DNA of 62,543 nt, filler included, from Sphacelaria rigidula (lineage: Eukaryota): NCBI GenBank assembly GCA_964200075.2. It is 10 parts of 10 records of this genome, joined end to end, with 100 filler letters (N's around TTAATTAATTAA, not from the genome) between each part and the next. Parts side by side here need not be neighbours in the genome. Positions count along the whole stretch, not along the records: positions 6,266 to 12,430 come from CAXNAA020021809.1; positions 12,531 to 18,695 come from CAXNAA020021810.1; positions 18,796 to 24,959 come from CAXNAA020021811.1; 7 more parts are not named here. One strand, given 5' to 3'. The first letter of the stretch is position 1; every line of letters begins with the position of its first letter. Shown piece by piece: positions 10,965-23,378 of this stretch. Made by a program: the position numbers and the translations under genes. The notes below the pieces were generated by a model. The model saw only the letters and a program-made list of their open reading frames with translations, made no database searches and was not told the origin of the DNA.

Positions 10965-12430
10965 TATAACCTGTAGAGGAAGCTGAAGACATGTATCGTG
11001 TAGATGGATTGCGCAGGTATATATGTAACCGCGGCTGTTCTTGTCTCCTCTTCTGGGTATTGAGAGCCCGTTCCTTGCGTTGATAGGAAATGTGTGCTGT
11101 GCTTAATGTGGTACTCCCTTGCGTCCACATCCATACGGCGAGTAGTTAGGCGATGCCCTTGGGCGAATCGCCGGTTGAAAGTGAAGATAAGCATTGATAG
11201 TAATCAAACGACTCAGAAAACACAATCAGGTAAAAGAAATGGCCGTGCATTTAACGTCTTGTATTTCTGTGCGACCCGGCCACCGCACGCGCATCGCCTC
11301 CAGGAGTTAGGCTGTGTCCAATTTTGTTCTGCACAGTGGGCGAACCGCCAGGCATCGTTGGTAACACTTATCGCAGTCGATAATCAAGATTGGGGAAGGA
11401 GTTTTTCAATGAGGATGGCTACCGGGAAAGTCGAAATGGTATTGTCTACACCACTTCTTCGACCCCTTGTTGCATTTGTTTAGGTACTGGCAGCCATTGG
11501 CCACAACTTCATGCTAAGCGATTGTGGATGCGGAGCACCGAAACTTTGAGGTCCAAGGTGAAAAGGCGATGTTGGGGAATGTAGGCGATCCTTTTGTATC
11601 GCGTCCGTTACCCATATATATATTTATATATTATCCAGGGGCCCCGAATTTCGGTGGTTGAAACCCAGAATTGTACAGCGTGCAGAGTTTACCGATTGCT
11701 GCCGGTGGGTGAAGGGATGCAACAAGTTGTCGAACAATTTGTGTGGATTCTATTATTTCAGCTTTCCGGTCATCATCCTCAATAAATACCTCTACCCTAT
11801 GACCTAATGTGCAATGTGCTGCACGCTAGAGAGACGATGTCGGATGGTGCTTTACCCCTCTTCCTAGGTGCCACTTTCTCACCGACATTCCGCCTGCACC
11901 ACACCGAACAGTCGATGTGACCACCTATTCTTCGAAGCAAACCGCGACACCATTTCAGCGGTACTACTCTTTTGATTCGGAACGCTTATGGTCTCGCGGA
12001 CGACACAGCGAGTTGGGGGGATGTGACTGTGCGTTACACGTTGCACAGTCATGCCGCAAGCACGCTGCACGCGCCATCCTAGAGACAACGGCATACACAT
12101 GTGTGTAACGTACAGCAGTTCCTACTGGCGGGCAATGTTGGTTGTTGCATGTATGTTTGCGGAAAAGAAAGATCCCCAAGATATATACGTAAAGTGGTGC
12201 TACGGTACAGGGGAGCACGAACATATTCCGAGCGTCGAAATAGCACGTGCCCTCTATCTCATCCGAACCTCGAGTAATGACGAGGTTTTCTCAAGTTTGA
12301 GAGTCTAGCGTTGATTGGGATTTCGTTTTTTATGTTTTACTCCAAATTGTCCATTTTTTCCGTTAACCGGGGATTTTATATATAACAGGGTTGCCAGAAA
12401 AATGAGAACGTATTTTGAAATGAGAATCAA

Positions 12431-12530
12431 NNNNNNNNNNNNNNNNNNNNNNNNNNNNNNNNNNNNNNNNNNNNTTAATTAATTAANNNNNNNNNNNNNN
12501 NNNNNNNNNNNNNNNNNNNNNNNNNNNNNN
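12431..12530. other. Artificial contig linker
   Basis: N44-TTAATTAATTAA-N44. Confidence 0.97.
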
Positions 12531-14294
12531 CCTGCTCCGGCTCGAAAGGGTCGCGGTGTCAAGGTTCAAACGACTAAGGCAAGCAACAAATAAGTACGCC
12601 CCCCCCCCCCCTTTACTACCTATGTTTTTACGCTATCTCGAGTTTTCTTCACGAGCGTTTCCGTGTTTCCGGCTGGGGTACATCAATTTTGCAACGACAG
12701 CTGGATTGGTGTTACAGTAATATTGGATCTATCGATGCGCAATTTTTCATCTATCCGTTCATCCATCAATCCAAACCAAATCTAGACCAAATCAACCAAT
12801 GTCATCCTCGCGCAGCCATCTCTTACTTACCAGCGTGATAATCTGCTGTGTCCATGTCGTGCCTGACTTCACGTAGGTGCACACATACAGGTCGTCGTCT
12901 CGGGTCTCGAACGTCTCGATCAGCTCGTTGATCGTTTTTTCCTGTCGTTTGTCGGCGGGGGGTTGGGTGGGTGAGGGGTGGGGGGGGGGGGGACAACAAC
13001 ATCAACAAAGGGGACACGAGAAATACGACAACTAGTGGAAACGGTCAATATATAGACGACAGAGAGATGAGAGGTAGGGACGGAAGGAGGGACGGAAGGG
13101 GAGTACCTGAAGTATCGTGATATTTGCGTACAATTTCCCGGATTCGAGTTGTGCGCTGGCGGCTGTGGCCCACGACTTGTCAGATGTGTACGTGAAACCA
13201 CTGGATCACCCAGCTGATTGGAGGTGGTGCTCAGTGGTTGGTTACATTTGCGTCTCTGATTTTTCTTCTTCGTTCAATGTTGAAAACAATGACATGGGGA
13301 AGTCGAGTCATTCGTGTGCTTTGCAACAACAACAACGACAACAACAAAACTGGTTACTTTTTGTTGTGCTTTCAAACAAAACTTGGGGGTGGGGGGGGAA
13401 GGATAATTTTGCTTTCTGACAAATATGCGAGTAAGTTGTGCATTACAGCAACAAGGAAAATTACAGGCGGGTAATGTATGCTTTCAACAAACATGTCCGT
13501 ACTTTTTGGCGTTTCTGACAGAAGGCTCATATCCGGGTCTCCTCAGCGGTCAAGGCTAATAGGTCTAGCGTCTTATAGCCCCGAGGGGTTTGCACTCCTT
13601 GAATCGAATACATCATTTCCCCCCCAAATGATCCACAAGCGCGGGATAGACACTGAACCACTCCGGAGCAGGCGAAACGATTTCGCAAAAAATATGGTGG
13701 AAAAAAGCGCGATGTTCACCACTGAACCGCTACTAGTAGACACACTAGCCGGCGCCCCTCACTCACCTGCCTCTGCGTCAAGGACCCGACATACCCCTGG
13801 TTGCACACTGCTGAGTGTAGTGATACTTCCGAGATTCTTCAAATCCCTCGTTTTTCGTTTGATTTCTTTTATATCGTGTTTTTTCATCACCACGACGGAC
13901 CGCACGACGTGGTGGGCAGCGCTGAAATGGGCTAATGATACGTACTGTAGCACTCCCATCGGCCGCAAATGTCACGATGACAGCCTGCCAAATGCTACCC
14001 CACGAGACAGAACGTTTTCCACTACAAAACCGGCAAAACTTAACTCGATAAAGTCACCATGGGCCGGGTGGGTGCTAGTCCAATTCCGAATAAACTGGAA
14101 TGCAAGGAAGGAATGGGGGGGGGGGGGGGGGGGGGGGGGCAATAAGGGGTTTATGGGGGGGGGTAAAAGACCTTCACCCGCCCACACTGCAGGGGGGGGG
14201 GGGGGNNNNNNNNNNGTGGTCGCGAGTTCCGTGCGAACCATGATAGAGGGGGGCGGGGGGGGGCGGGGGGGTGGGAGGGGGGGGGGGGGCGGGG

Positions 14295-14395
14295 GCATTC
14301 ATGATCTTCATGCGGTAGTCATATGACCGTTCACCTCGCATCCCTACAGGGCCGGGACGGAGCACGCCGGGTTTTCGCCGAACCAGGGCATGGGC
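14295..14395 (+). repeat. Dispersed repeat shared with 52795-52915; its downstream motif also occurs at 12575-12600
   Basis: ACCTCGCATCCCTACA..GCC.GGACGGAGCACGCCGGGTTTTCGCCG in both copies. Confidence 0.8.
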
Positions 14396-15431
14396 ATGGG
14401 GGAAAATATCGATTGATCCGTTGGGATTTCTACGGCTGGGTGGGCGGTGGAGGACGTGGAATTGAAAATACACCACGACAAAGATCAAGAGAAAACAAAA
14501 TAGCGATCGACAATGATTGTTTTTCGCTAGTTCTTCTCCGTCCCTTTCCTTTCCCTGCTTGGTATTGGTTTGATTCGATTGTCGCACTTCAACTAGTGCA
14601 GTCTTACGATAAACAGTGAAAACAAAGTACCTATGTGTGCTAGCCCAAGGCCCGCATACAAAAATCACTTCACTCTTGATCGTGAAACTTTGCTCGTTAA
14701 TTTCTCGACCGCGCGTAGAGTCAGGCTGTGTCTTATCATAGTATTTCGACTCGGACACATGCGGTCGAATCGAATTGGTCGTAATTAGCAGGGCACTTGA
14801 CGTTACACGTTACACGTCGGTATTGTTTTCCCTGTTTCTTGTCTTTACCTTGCTCCGGTTTTTCTTGTTTCTTTCCACTTTTTTTCCAATCTCTGACGAG
14901 CGTCTCCGTTTTTTGGTTACCGTGGATACATCTAGTGGATGATGAACATGGCTGTGTCCCTCCCGCGATCAGTAAATGTACGACAACCAATCAGATCAAT
15001 TCATCCGTTCACCAGTGACAAATTATCTCGAAACGGCGGGAACCAGCCCGTTCAGTGTGTTTGTGTGTATGTGTGTGTTGTCATCTCATCTGTTTTAGAC
15101 ACCAGTGTACACCCGTCGGTCTATGTGGGCGCATCAGCCAGAGTCATACTGAAGGAAGGACAACACAGGAGTTTCTTGCGTTTTTTTTATATACGTTTCA
15201 GCATTCCACCTTCCTTCTGCGGTGCAAGCAAGAAAAGAAATCCAATCCACTCTATTCAAGGCATTTTTCAACCTTCAGCCATCGATCATCGGCTGGATAT
15301 TTCTCAAGATGAAACTGATGGGGAACTGCACGGCTGCAAGCTGTGTCAGATTCTCCCGTTATTTCTTCTACAAGTGTACGAGCTGGATCAGCCGAGAAGC
15401 GAATTCATGGCTTGAAGCCCCATTTGCCGGT

Positions 15432-15840
15432 CAATATTTGGAGTTGGATCCTAAAAATTGGTATAGACAATAAATAGGGCATAATAAAATCAATTACCCG
15501 TGCACAGAGATTTTTGTTTTCTCATGCATAAGGGCATTTTAATGATACCTGAAAACTGATCATTGCTCCCAACTCATGAAGAAGAAAAAACCTTAGCGTG
15601 CACGGGTTTTTTATAATGCCCTATTTATTGTCCACACCATTTTTCTCCAACCCTGAATATTGGCGGGCGACTGGGCCGTTTAGTAACAGCATCGGTAGGA
15701 AATCGGAACAGTATTTTGCAGGCCACATACCGGCCCACGTTTGGTGTTTGTGTCTTGAAATTGTGTGGGGAACATCGCTAGGGCATGATGAACCAAAAAA
15801 GGGAGTCATGTTGGTATTTATACATATTTCACTGGTGTGG
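15432..15840 (+). mobile_element. Foldback/MITE-like element; a second copy lies inverted at 19706-20121
   Basis: Inverted arms 15432-15489 and 15608-15662; 15660-15836 aligns to the reverse complement of 19708-19885. Confidence 0.7.
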
Positions 15841-16239
15841 GGGGCGTTTCGGTATGGTAATACCGACCATTTTTTCACGAGAACGCCCGAACCTCTCCCA
15901 AACGAAATCAATATTGAAGGCCCATTTTAGTTACTATTTAGCATACCTCTGTGGTTCTCCATGCTAAAGTTTCACATCACGTTTCTAAAAATTCAGCTAA
16001 AGATTGAGATGAGGGCTGAGAGCAATGTTCATTTCTCCTCGAAACTCCCAAAAAGACGAAAATAAAGTACATAAAACGAAAAGAGTGAAAAAAGCTGGGG
16101 GGGTGGGTTCCCCCACAAGCGGTTTTCCACACGAAATTTCATAGCACAACTATCAAAAACTGAGACGCGATATCCAGATTCAGGGTATCTACAGTAGTGA
16201 ATTTGCTCGTAATATATTAATTTCAGTATCCTAGTATCC

Positions 16240-16478
16240 TTGCTTTAGGTCGGCCATTTCTTTCTGAGCTTTGCTTGTGTTGACTTTTTACTACTTTTTT
16301 GTCACTACTTGGTCTGATGTGTCGTTCTGTTCGACCACTGTTTCTTTTTTTTTTTCTGTTCCTTTTTTTTTCCTCAGGGCGTGTTTGAGTTTCTTTTTTT
16401 TTTGGGTACGTCCATCATGAGACTACGGCTGGACCCCGGAGGGGTCAGTTAAAGTGCGACAATCAATCAAAAATCAAA
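16240..16478 (+). repeat. 3'-end fragment of a non-LTR retroelement-like family (pyrimidine tract, conserved core, AATC tail)
   Basis: GGGTACGTCCATC...ACGGCTGGACCC...GGTCAG...GTGCGACAATCAATCAA; related copies at 12620-12800, 14820-15005, 30085-30370(-), 42060-42245, 50640-50910(-) and 52650-52770(-). Confidence 0.55.
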
Positions 16479-16745
16479 GTATCGAACCTTATGTACGCCA
16501 TATCTCGAGATAAACAACGAATCAGGTGAAGGTGAGGGTATCTACTGTCTGCCTGCGCTCCACGGAATGTATCACGGTTCGGACGCATCATCGCCGGTTT
16601 GAATCACCAAATCCACGAGTTTTCAGGCCTGATTGCTCGAAATAGAGAAAAAAAAATCGACCGCTGGTCAAGCAGGTCTCCACGCAACTTTTGCGCCATT
16701 CCACGTGCCTGGGCTGCGCGTACCTGGGTTGCAACGCTGAAAACA

Positions 16746-17197
16746 AAGCCTAAGGATTGATTCGTACGGTACGAATCAATTACACTCCAGGCAGGCTGGT
16801 TCAGGCCCATCACCCAGAAAACATTCATCGGCAAAACCTCACGCCATTCTAAGGAGTTAGACCCTGAAATTTTGCACAGATGTTCTACGGGGCAATACGC
16901 AACTGCGAAGGTCAAGGTTTTTCGAATTTTCTGCTTTTTTCGCCGTTTTTCGGGGGTCCCAGTTTTTTCCGGAAAACATCGATCCACTCGGACCCCGTGA
17001 AACGGTAAAGAAAAAAAAACTCGAAAAACCTCGTTCATCCAAAGTTGCGTAATGACCCATAGCACAGTTGTGCAAAATTTCAGGGTCCAACTCCTCAGAA
17101 CGGCGTGAGGTTTTGCTGATGAGTGTTTTCTGGGTGATAGGCCTGAACCAGCCTGTAGTGTAATTGATTCGTACCGTACGAATTAATCCTTAGGCTT
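16746..17197. mobile_element. ~450-bp MITE-like element with ~155-bp inverted arms
   Basis: AAGCCTAAGGATTGATTCGTACGGTACGAATC... (16746-16905) versus ...GATTCGTACCGTACGAATTAATCCTTAGGCTT (17043-17197). Confidence 0.85.
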
Positions 17198-18695
17198 CAA
17201 GAGTGAGGGTTTTCGCTGTTGTGCGATGAACTTTGACGGACCTCGGTGAAACCACAAACTACTTGATTTTAGTACGAAAACGGCATTTTTGGACCCTCTT
17301 TGACGTGAACATGAAAATTGAAGCATTAGTTGATCGAGTTTTGCGACAAACATTTGTGGGGCCCTTCCTTGGGTTATATAGCGACAGCTCGTTCACAAAC
17401 AAATCAGAGAAATATCGTAGCGCCGCTTTTCCGGGGTCCCAAACTGGAGACTACTTCGAACATCGACTTGGATCCCGTCGGACCCCCGAAAAACGGTGAA
17501 GAACTCGAGAAATAAAAAAGCATCGTTTAGAGAACGTTGCGTGATTATACTTGGCATTTCCCTGCAAAGTTTTACTCTTTAACTTCTAATAACGGCGTGA
17601 AGGTTTGCGCGTTTGTGGAGGAGGTGGGCTTGAAACGTGCAACTCCCAACTACTTGGTTTTAGTATGGAAACGTCTTTTGAGGTGAATTTTACGTCAAGG
17701 CAAGAAAAACTGTATGAGGTTTTCGACTTTCTCCACCAAACTTTGTACGTGTGTTCCTTGGACTATCCCGGGACGCATCACTTTATCCCTCTTCTATTAG
17801 GGCAATCGGTACCGCATTTCGGGGGTCTTCATACGGGGACCCCCGGAAGCCGGTAGAGAACGGAGAAAGCATGAAATGTTGTCCAGAATAGATTTTTTTC
17901 CGCTTGGAGCATTAACCCTTTGGGGACCGGACCCCCACGAACACAGGGTTGACCCTGTGTTAGTAGAATAATAGAAAATAAGTCTTCGAGCGACCTACCC
18001 AATCACAGCGAGGCGAAAATTATCGACCAGACCCGAACGACCGGCGCGGGGATTGTTGTCCGATGTGATGCCACTGCTGTGATGCCACTGCAAAGATCGT
18101 GTGGGGCCCTATCCCTGGCCCAGATAAGCCTTCGCAGGTTTCCTAATGCAGGGTGGTCGCAGCTTGGTTTTATGGTATTACTTGCACTCAGTATACTCTT
18201 CCCGAGTTTTTCCGGAGCGTTTTTTGGGTCCCAGATCTATGCTGAAACGTAGTTATTTACGCTAACACAGGTTGGGCCGGAAAAACCCGGGAAGGAATGT
18301 ACATGCCACAATGTGGTCATTTTCATGAAGCACAAAATCGAGGTGGGCTGTGGAAAGACAAAAGAAGCTACCGTAATGAATCATGTGTATCCCTCTGCGG
18401 ATGACTTGGAGTGTGCAGTCCAAATGTACGTGGCGAATGGGGATGACCAAGCCGTATATAGGCAGCTGATTTCCGTAGCTGAGAATTGCCCAGGGCGCGC
18501 GAGGGAGTATGCAGCGGCAGCTGCTGCTTCAGTCGGAGAGGCGTACTTCAGTGTACTGTACTATACTGCTGTATGTATGCGCGCCGCAACGCTGATGCCC
18601 TCCGAAGGGAATTTCCTACATGCAACAAAGGGGGTAATGGCGGCCCGCCCCGACCATAAAGGGCTGTGTGGCAAGGTGATGGGGACAAACGTATC

Positions 18696-18795
18696 NNNNN
18701 NNNNNNNNNNNNNNNNNNNNNNNNNNNNNNNNNNNNNNNTTAATTAATTAANNNNNNNNNNNNNNNNNNNNNNNNNNNNNNNNNNNNNNNNNNNN
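18696..18795. other. Artificial contig linker
   Basis: N44-TTAATTAATTAA-N44. Confidence 0.97.
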
Positions 18796-19705
18796 GTGGG
18801 GCTGGGGCGCTGGAACGTGTTTTCGAGGTGTTCAGCCAGCGCGCAGCGCCGCGCCTCAAAGCGAAAAATGCGCTACATTTTTTTCTCGAAAACCCACAAG
18901 AGTGTACCCTTATTTGTATATTGCCCTTCAATATATATATATTGGTGTAGCAATAGCTATGCGATGAGCATGCGCAATATATATTGGAAAAATAATGTTT
19001 TTGCATGGTTTGCGCTCAATATATATTATGGCGACAATATGTTCCGCATCGCTTTGACTCAATATATATTGAAACTTCAACACATACAAGGCCGACATGC
19101 ACAATATATGTATTGAATGTTTTGTTCCCGGAGCAGATGCATGTCCAATATATATTGTCAAGCACTACTTCACGATCATGACACAAGAAATATATGTCAT
19201 TGCTTCAATATCTCCGAGGACATCTCAACACAATATCTGCGCTGTCTCCAATACAAAGTATTGGTATAACATTGGAACATATTGTACTGTCCAGGGTAGA
19301 AGCAACACAGAACCGGTGACCAGAGGGGCACCAAAAGACGCATATCGACCCGCTTTTTCTGTCGTCGTGATGTTTACCGAAGATACATTACATGCTGTGA
19401 AGGGGATGGGCGGCCCCGTACCAGTGGCCCGATAGGTATCAGAAGGCATATATACCGGGTCGCCTCTTCTGCCACAATATTTTCTGACCAGTATATAATA
19501 TATATATATATACATACAAGGGGTTCGGTGGCTTCCGCCGCCACGCTCGATGAGATCGGCAGCCAAGGTACATGAGAACCGGTTATCGTTGCTGGCATTG
19601 CGTGACGGCACAGGTCATACTTTTAAGAGGAGTATTTTCCGCTGTGTGCGTACGAGCTGGGACAGCCTAGAAACGGAATTAGGCTCTCAAAAAAACGCCC
19701 TATTA

Positions 19706-20121
19706 AACCAGTGAAAAATAAATAAATACCAACCTGACCCATTTGTTTGGTTCATCATCCCCTAGCGAGGTCCCACACAAACTTTCAATACACAAACACC
19801 AAACGTGAGCCGGTAAATGGCCTGCAAAATACTGTTCCGAATTTCCACCGACCCCGATACTAAATCGCTCATTCGCCGACCAATATTTTGAGTTGGCCCC
19901 TGAAATCTGGTATGGACAATGCACAGGGCACATGAAAAAAATTATGCATGTATCGTGAGATTTTCTTCTTCAAATGAATCAAGGGCAATAATCAGTTTTC
20001 AGGTAACAGTAGAATGTCCTCAACTCATGAAGAAAAAAAATGGGTACATCGTAATTTTTTTCTTTGTGCCCTGTTCATTGTCCACACCAAATTTCAGGGT
20101 CCATCTCAAAATATTGGCCGA
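19706..20121 (-). mobile_element. Foldback/MITE-like element, same family as 15432-15840
   Basis: Inverted arms 19876-19944 and 20052-20121; shared internal sequence. Confidence 0.7.
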
Positions 20122-20554
20122 CGAATGGGCGTGACAACTATAAACCCGCCTTTAGGCTGGCCCAGCTCGTATGGTGACATATGTCCCGGGAGCAGGATAT
20201 GAAGAAGAGGTTTATTGATGTATGATCGTACCTGCAGGAACGGGTGAACGACAACCTCCACCGTCGAAGAACACACACGGAGACACGCATTCACGTTCTC
20301 CACGCACAGCAACGAATAGGAAACATCGTATACCGTCGACGAACACACACCCGGGGACACTCGTACCATCAGACAAAATATTATTGCGCCGCCCAATCAC
20401 CCGAGGACACAAAGACTTGTGACGGGCACACGCCGGTGTTCGCAACCACGAGTCCAGCACTATTGCACCGCAAAAACGCCCGTAACCGCAGTGACTATCG
20501 ATATTTTCAGTCCCACATCACAATAAGCACGCAATACCCGTACATCACAATAAG

Positions 20555-22392
20555 AAAAAGTGGCATCGGAAACTTCGCCGGTGATAATTGCGTGCTTTGG
20601 TACTTCGAAGAAACGCCATAGCTGCTCATCAGCTGTGCACGTTGTTCTCCGTCGAGGGTAGGTCATCTGTTCATGCAGTGGCTGTTCATTAAAACTGATG
20701 CCGGTTCCACAGAATATCAATGGTCGCGGTCATACAGTGACCATGTCGCCCAAATCTGTTCAGAATCCAATGCGAAAAATAGAGGCCGTTTGTTCTCCCT
20801 CAGAGCTAGTGCGCGAGGGTAGGTCATCTGGCCATGCAGTGATTTTTCAAGTAAAACTGATGCCGATTCCACGGACTACCCATGATCGCGGTGGAACAGT
20901 TACCTTGTCATCTCAGACGTCCAAACGATCCACCGATATATCAGCGAGGAAATCGATCAAACGGAACGCATCACGTCGAAACACCATGCAGAAAACAGCC
21001 CGAAAAGCAAAACCCAAGCAGAACATGAAGGCACCGAAATGTCTAGCGACTGCTCATCAGCTGTGCACGTTGTTGTCTCTTAGAGCTAGTCCGCGAGAGT
21101 AGGTCATCTGGTAATGCAGTGATTCTTCAAGTAAAACTGATGCCAATTCCACAGACTATCACCGGTCGCGGTGGAACAGTTGCCCATCGCGGACGCCCAA
21201 AGGGCTCACCGACACACCAGCGACGAAATACATCAAACGGAACGCATTGCAACGTCAAAACACCATGCCATATCACGATAAGCAGGCAATACCCGCAACG
21301 TGATGGATATATAACTGAGAAACACAACATGTAATGTACACAATCGACGAACAACTAACAGTAGGGACCGTGGAAAGCAGTGAAAAAAAATATTTTCAAG
21401 TTGAGAAACGACCCGAGAAATATGTTTCTGAAAGACGAGATGAAAAGTGGCATCGGGAACTTCGCGGCTCATGATAAAAAGTGTCCTGCGTGGAGGAACG
21501 ATCCGAATTCTGCGGCTCATGATGTAAAGGGTTTTGACAAAAACACAGGAAACGGGTATGTTCCAGAGAGTGGTGAAAAATGGTATCGGAAACTTTGCGG
21601 CTGCTACAGCACGGGAAAAAAAGGATCAAGAAGAGACGGTGATGAGTTGCGCGTGAATCGGTAATGACAGCAAAAGTGGCATCGGAAACTTCGCCGGTGA
21701 TAATTGCGTGCTATGATAGCACAGACGTTCTGTTCTGCACACAGGGAGAGTTCGCGACTCATGCTCGCCGTCATCTAAAAGCAAGTGGAAAAAGTACATC
21801 TGTATCAGAGCTTCTGGCAACAATTCTGACAGGAAACGTAAAAACGGCGGAGCGATTGAAAGGCCTGTGTGCGGTGTAAAAAACGGCGGAACGCTTATGG
21901 ATATGAAATGGATGAAGATACTATGCAAAGCACTGCCGGGAAAGCGATGCTCCTGAAACCTCCTGAAGCAAAATGTCTAGCGGAATGGAAGCGGAAAACG
22001 AGTACTTTAAACTCAAGTAATGCTTCTAAGAGGTTGAGAGAACCGGGCGGAGACGCTGGGAAAGTCCACGACTCATGATAGCAGAGACGTTCTGTTCAGT
22101 GCTCTGTTATTTACACAGGGAAAGTTCGCGACTCACTAATTACGGGGAAATGCTCGGTTCTCAGAGCTTCTGTGAACGTTCTGGGATTCAGACCAAAAAC
22201 GGCGGAGCGATTGGAAGGCCTGCATGCGGTGTGAGGTAGACGAACGAAGGGTCTACTTTGACGGCGAGGGAAAAACGGCGGAACGAAATGGATGAAAACA
22301 CCATGTAGAACACTGCCGGGAAAGCGATAAAAGCGATGCTCCCGAATCGACCTGAGGCGAAATGTCTAGCGAAATGGAAGCGGAAAACGTGT
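20555..22392 (+). repeat. Patchwork of three interleaved duplicated modules
   Basis: Module A (AAAAGTGGCATCGGAAACTTCGC) at 20556, 21443, 21576 and 21672. Module B (GTAGGTCATCTG...TAAAACTGATGCC) at ~20622, ~20790 and ~21050. Module C at 21711-22010 and 22070-22392. Confidence 0.75.
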
Positions 22393-23287
22393 AATCGAGC
22401 GTGAGGTTAAGAGAACGATATGACCCCGTTTCGCTGTACTTCGCTGTACTCTAAAATCAAGTAAGAGGCAATACTGACTTCTCAGAGCTTCTGGGAGAAT
22501 GAAATGGGCGCGAAAATATGTACTCTAAAACCAAGTGAAAAAAGTGAAAAAAAAAAGTGCACCTGCGTTCAAGCCTCTTCAACGGCCAAAAAGATAAATG
22601 AAGTAATTGATACAAGGTTTTTGGCGCTTCGCGCCCCCGCTCAATCGAGCGTTTCCCAAGGCAAAGGGTAATGAGGAGTGTTGCTACCGGCGTCGGCCGT
22701 TGCCCGCATGAAAAAGTGCTGAGAGGCGAAGATATGATTCAGAGATAAATCTTGTGACACGAAGATATTGTTAAGAGATAACTCTTGTGACACGCGGAGA
22801 TTATTCAGAGATAACGCATTCTCTTTTTTTTTTGCCTTTTTGGACTTTCAAACATCGTCCACGACGATAAAACCCGCCCGAAAAAGAATCGGAACGGGGC
22901 AGAAGACACCGGCCCTGCACAACGAAAAATGTAGCAGTGAAGTTCGACCCATTCTCCGTCCAAGAAATCTACGCGAGATGAACGTATTTAACGTTGAAAA
23001 AACGAAAAACTCGAACGAAAATGAAGAATTGAAACAAGGCAGAAGACACTGATCGAACAGAGCCAAAGCATAACCGTCAATCTCCGCCCATCCTCCGTCC
23101 GAGATATGTGCCCAAAATGAACCCATTTCAACGTTCAAACGTAGACAAAACTCGCCCGAAAATAAAGACTCTTAGCGACCCAGAAGACACTGATCCTGAA
23201 GAACCAAGAACTACCTATGAAGGAATATGACTGCATCGACAATATGAAGGAATTCACTGTTGCCCGTCGATGAGACGATGTATATAA

Positions 23288-23378
23288 GACCATGTTTTAT
23301 GGCAACGAATCTCGATTATTTTAGACGGGGACTCAAACTCGCGAACTCGAAATCGGGAGGACCGTTTCATGGTACAGA
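23288..23378 (+). repeat. Dispersed ~85-bp repeat, second copy at 24793-24875
   Basis: GACCAT.TTTTATGGCAACGAATCTCGAT...GACTCAAA.TCGCG.ACTC.AAATCGGG.GGACCG. Confidence 0.75.

Noticed and set aside
13478..14326. 282-aa ORF and overlapping ORFs
   Set aside because: Runs through poly-G tracts and an internal N gap; no recognisable motif.
17912..18695. piggyBac-like left end (TTAA-CCC) and downstream ORF 18313
   Set aside because: No matching right end in the contig and no transposase motifs in the ORF.
18900..19290. ORFs in the CAATATAT-rich region
   Set aside because: Low-complexity AT-rich repeat; translations are I/Y/N-rich with no domain signal.
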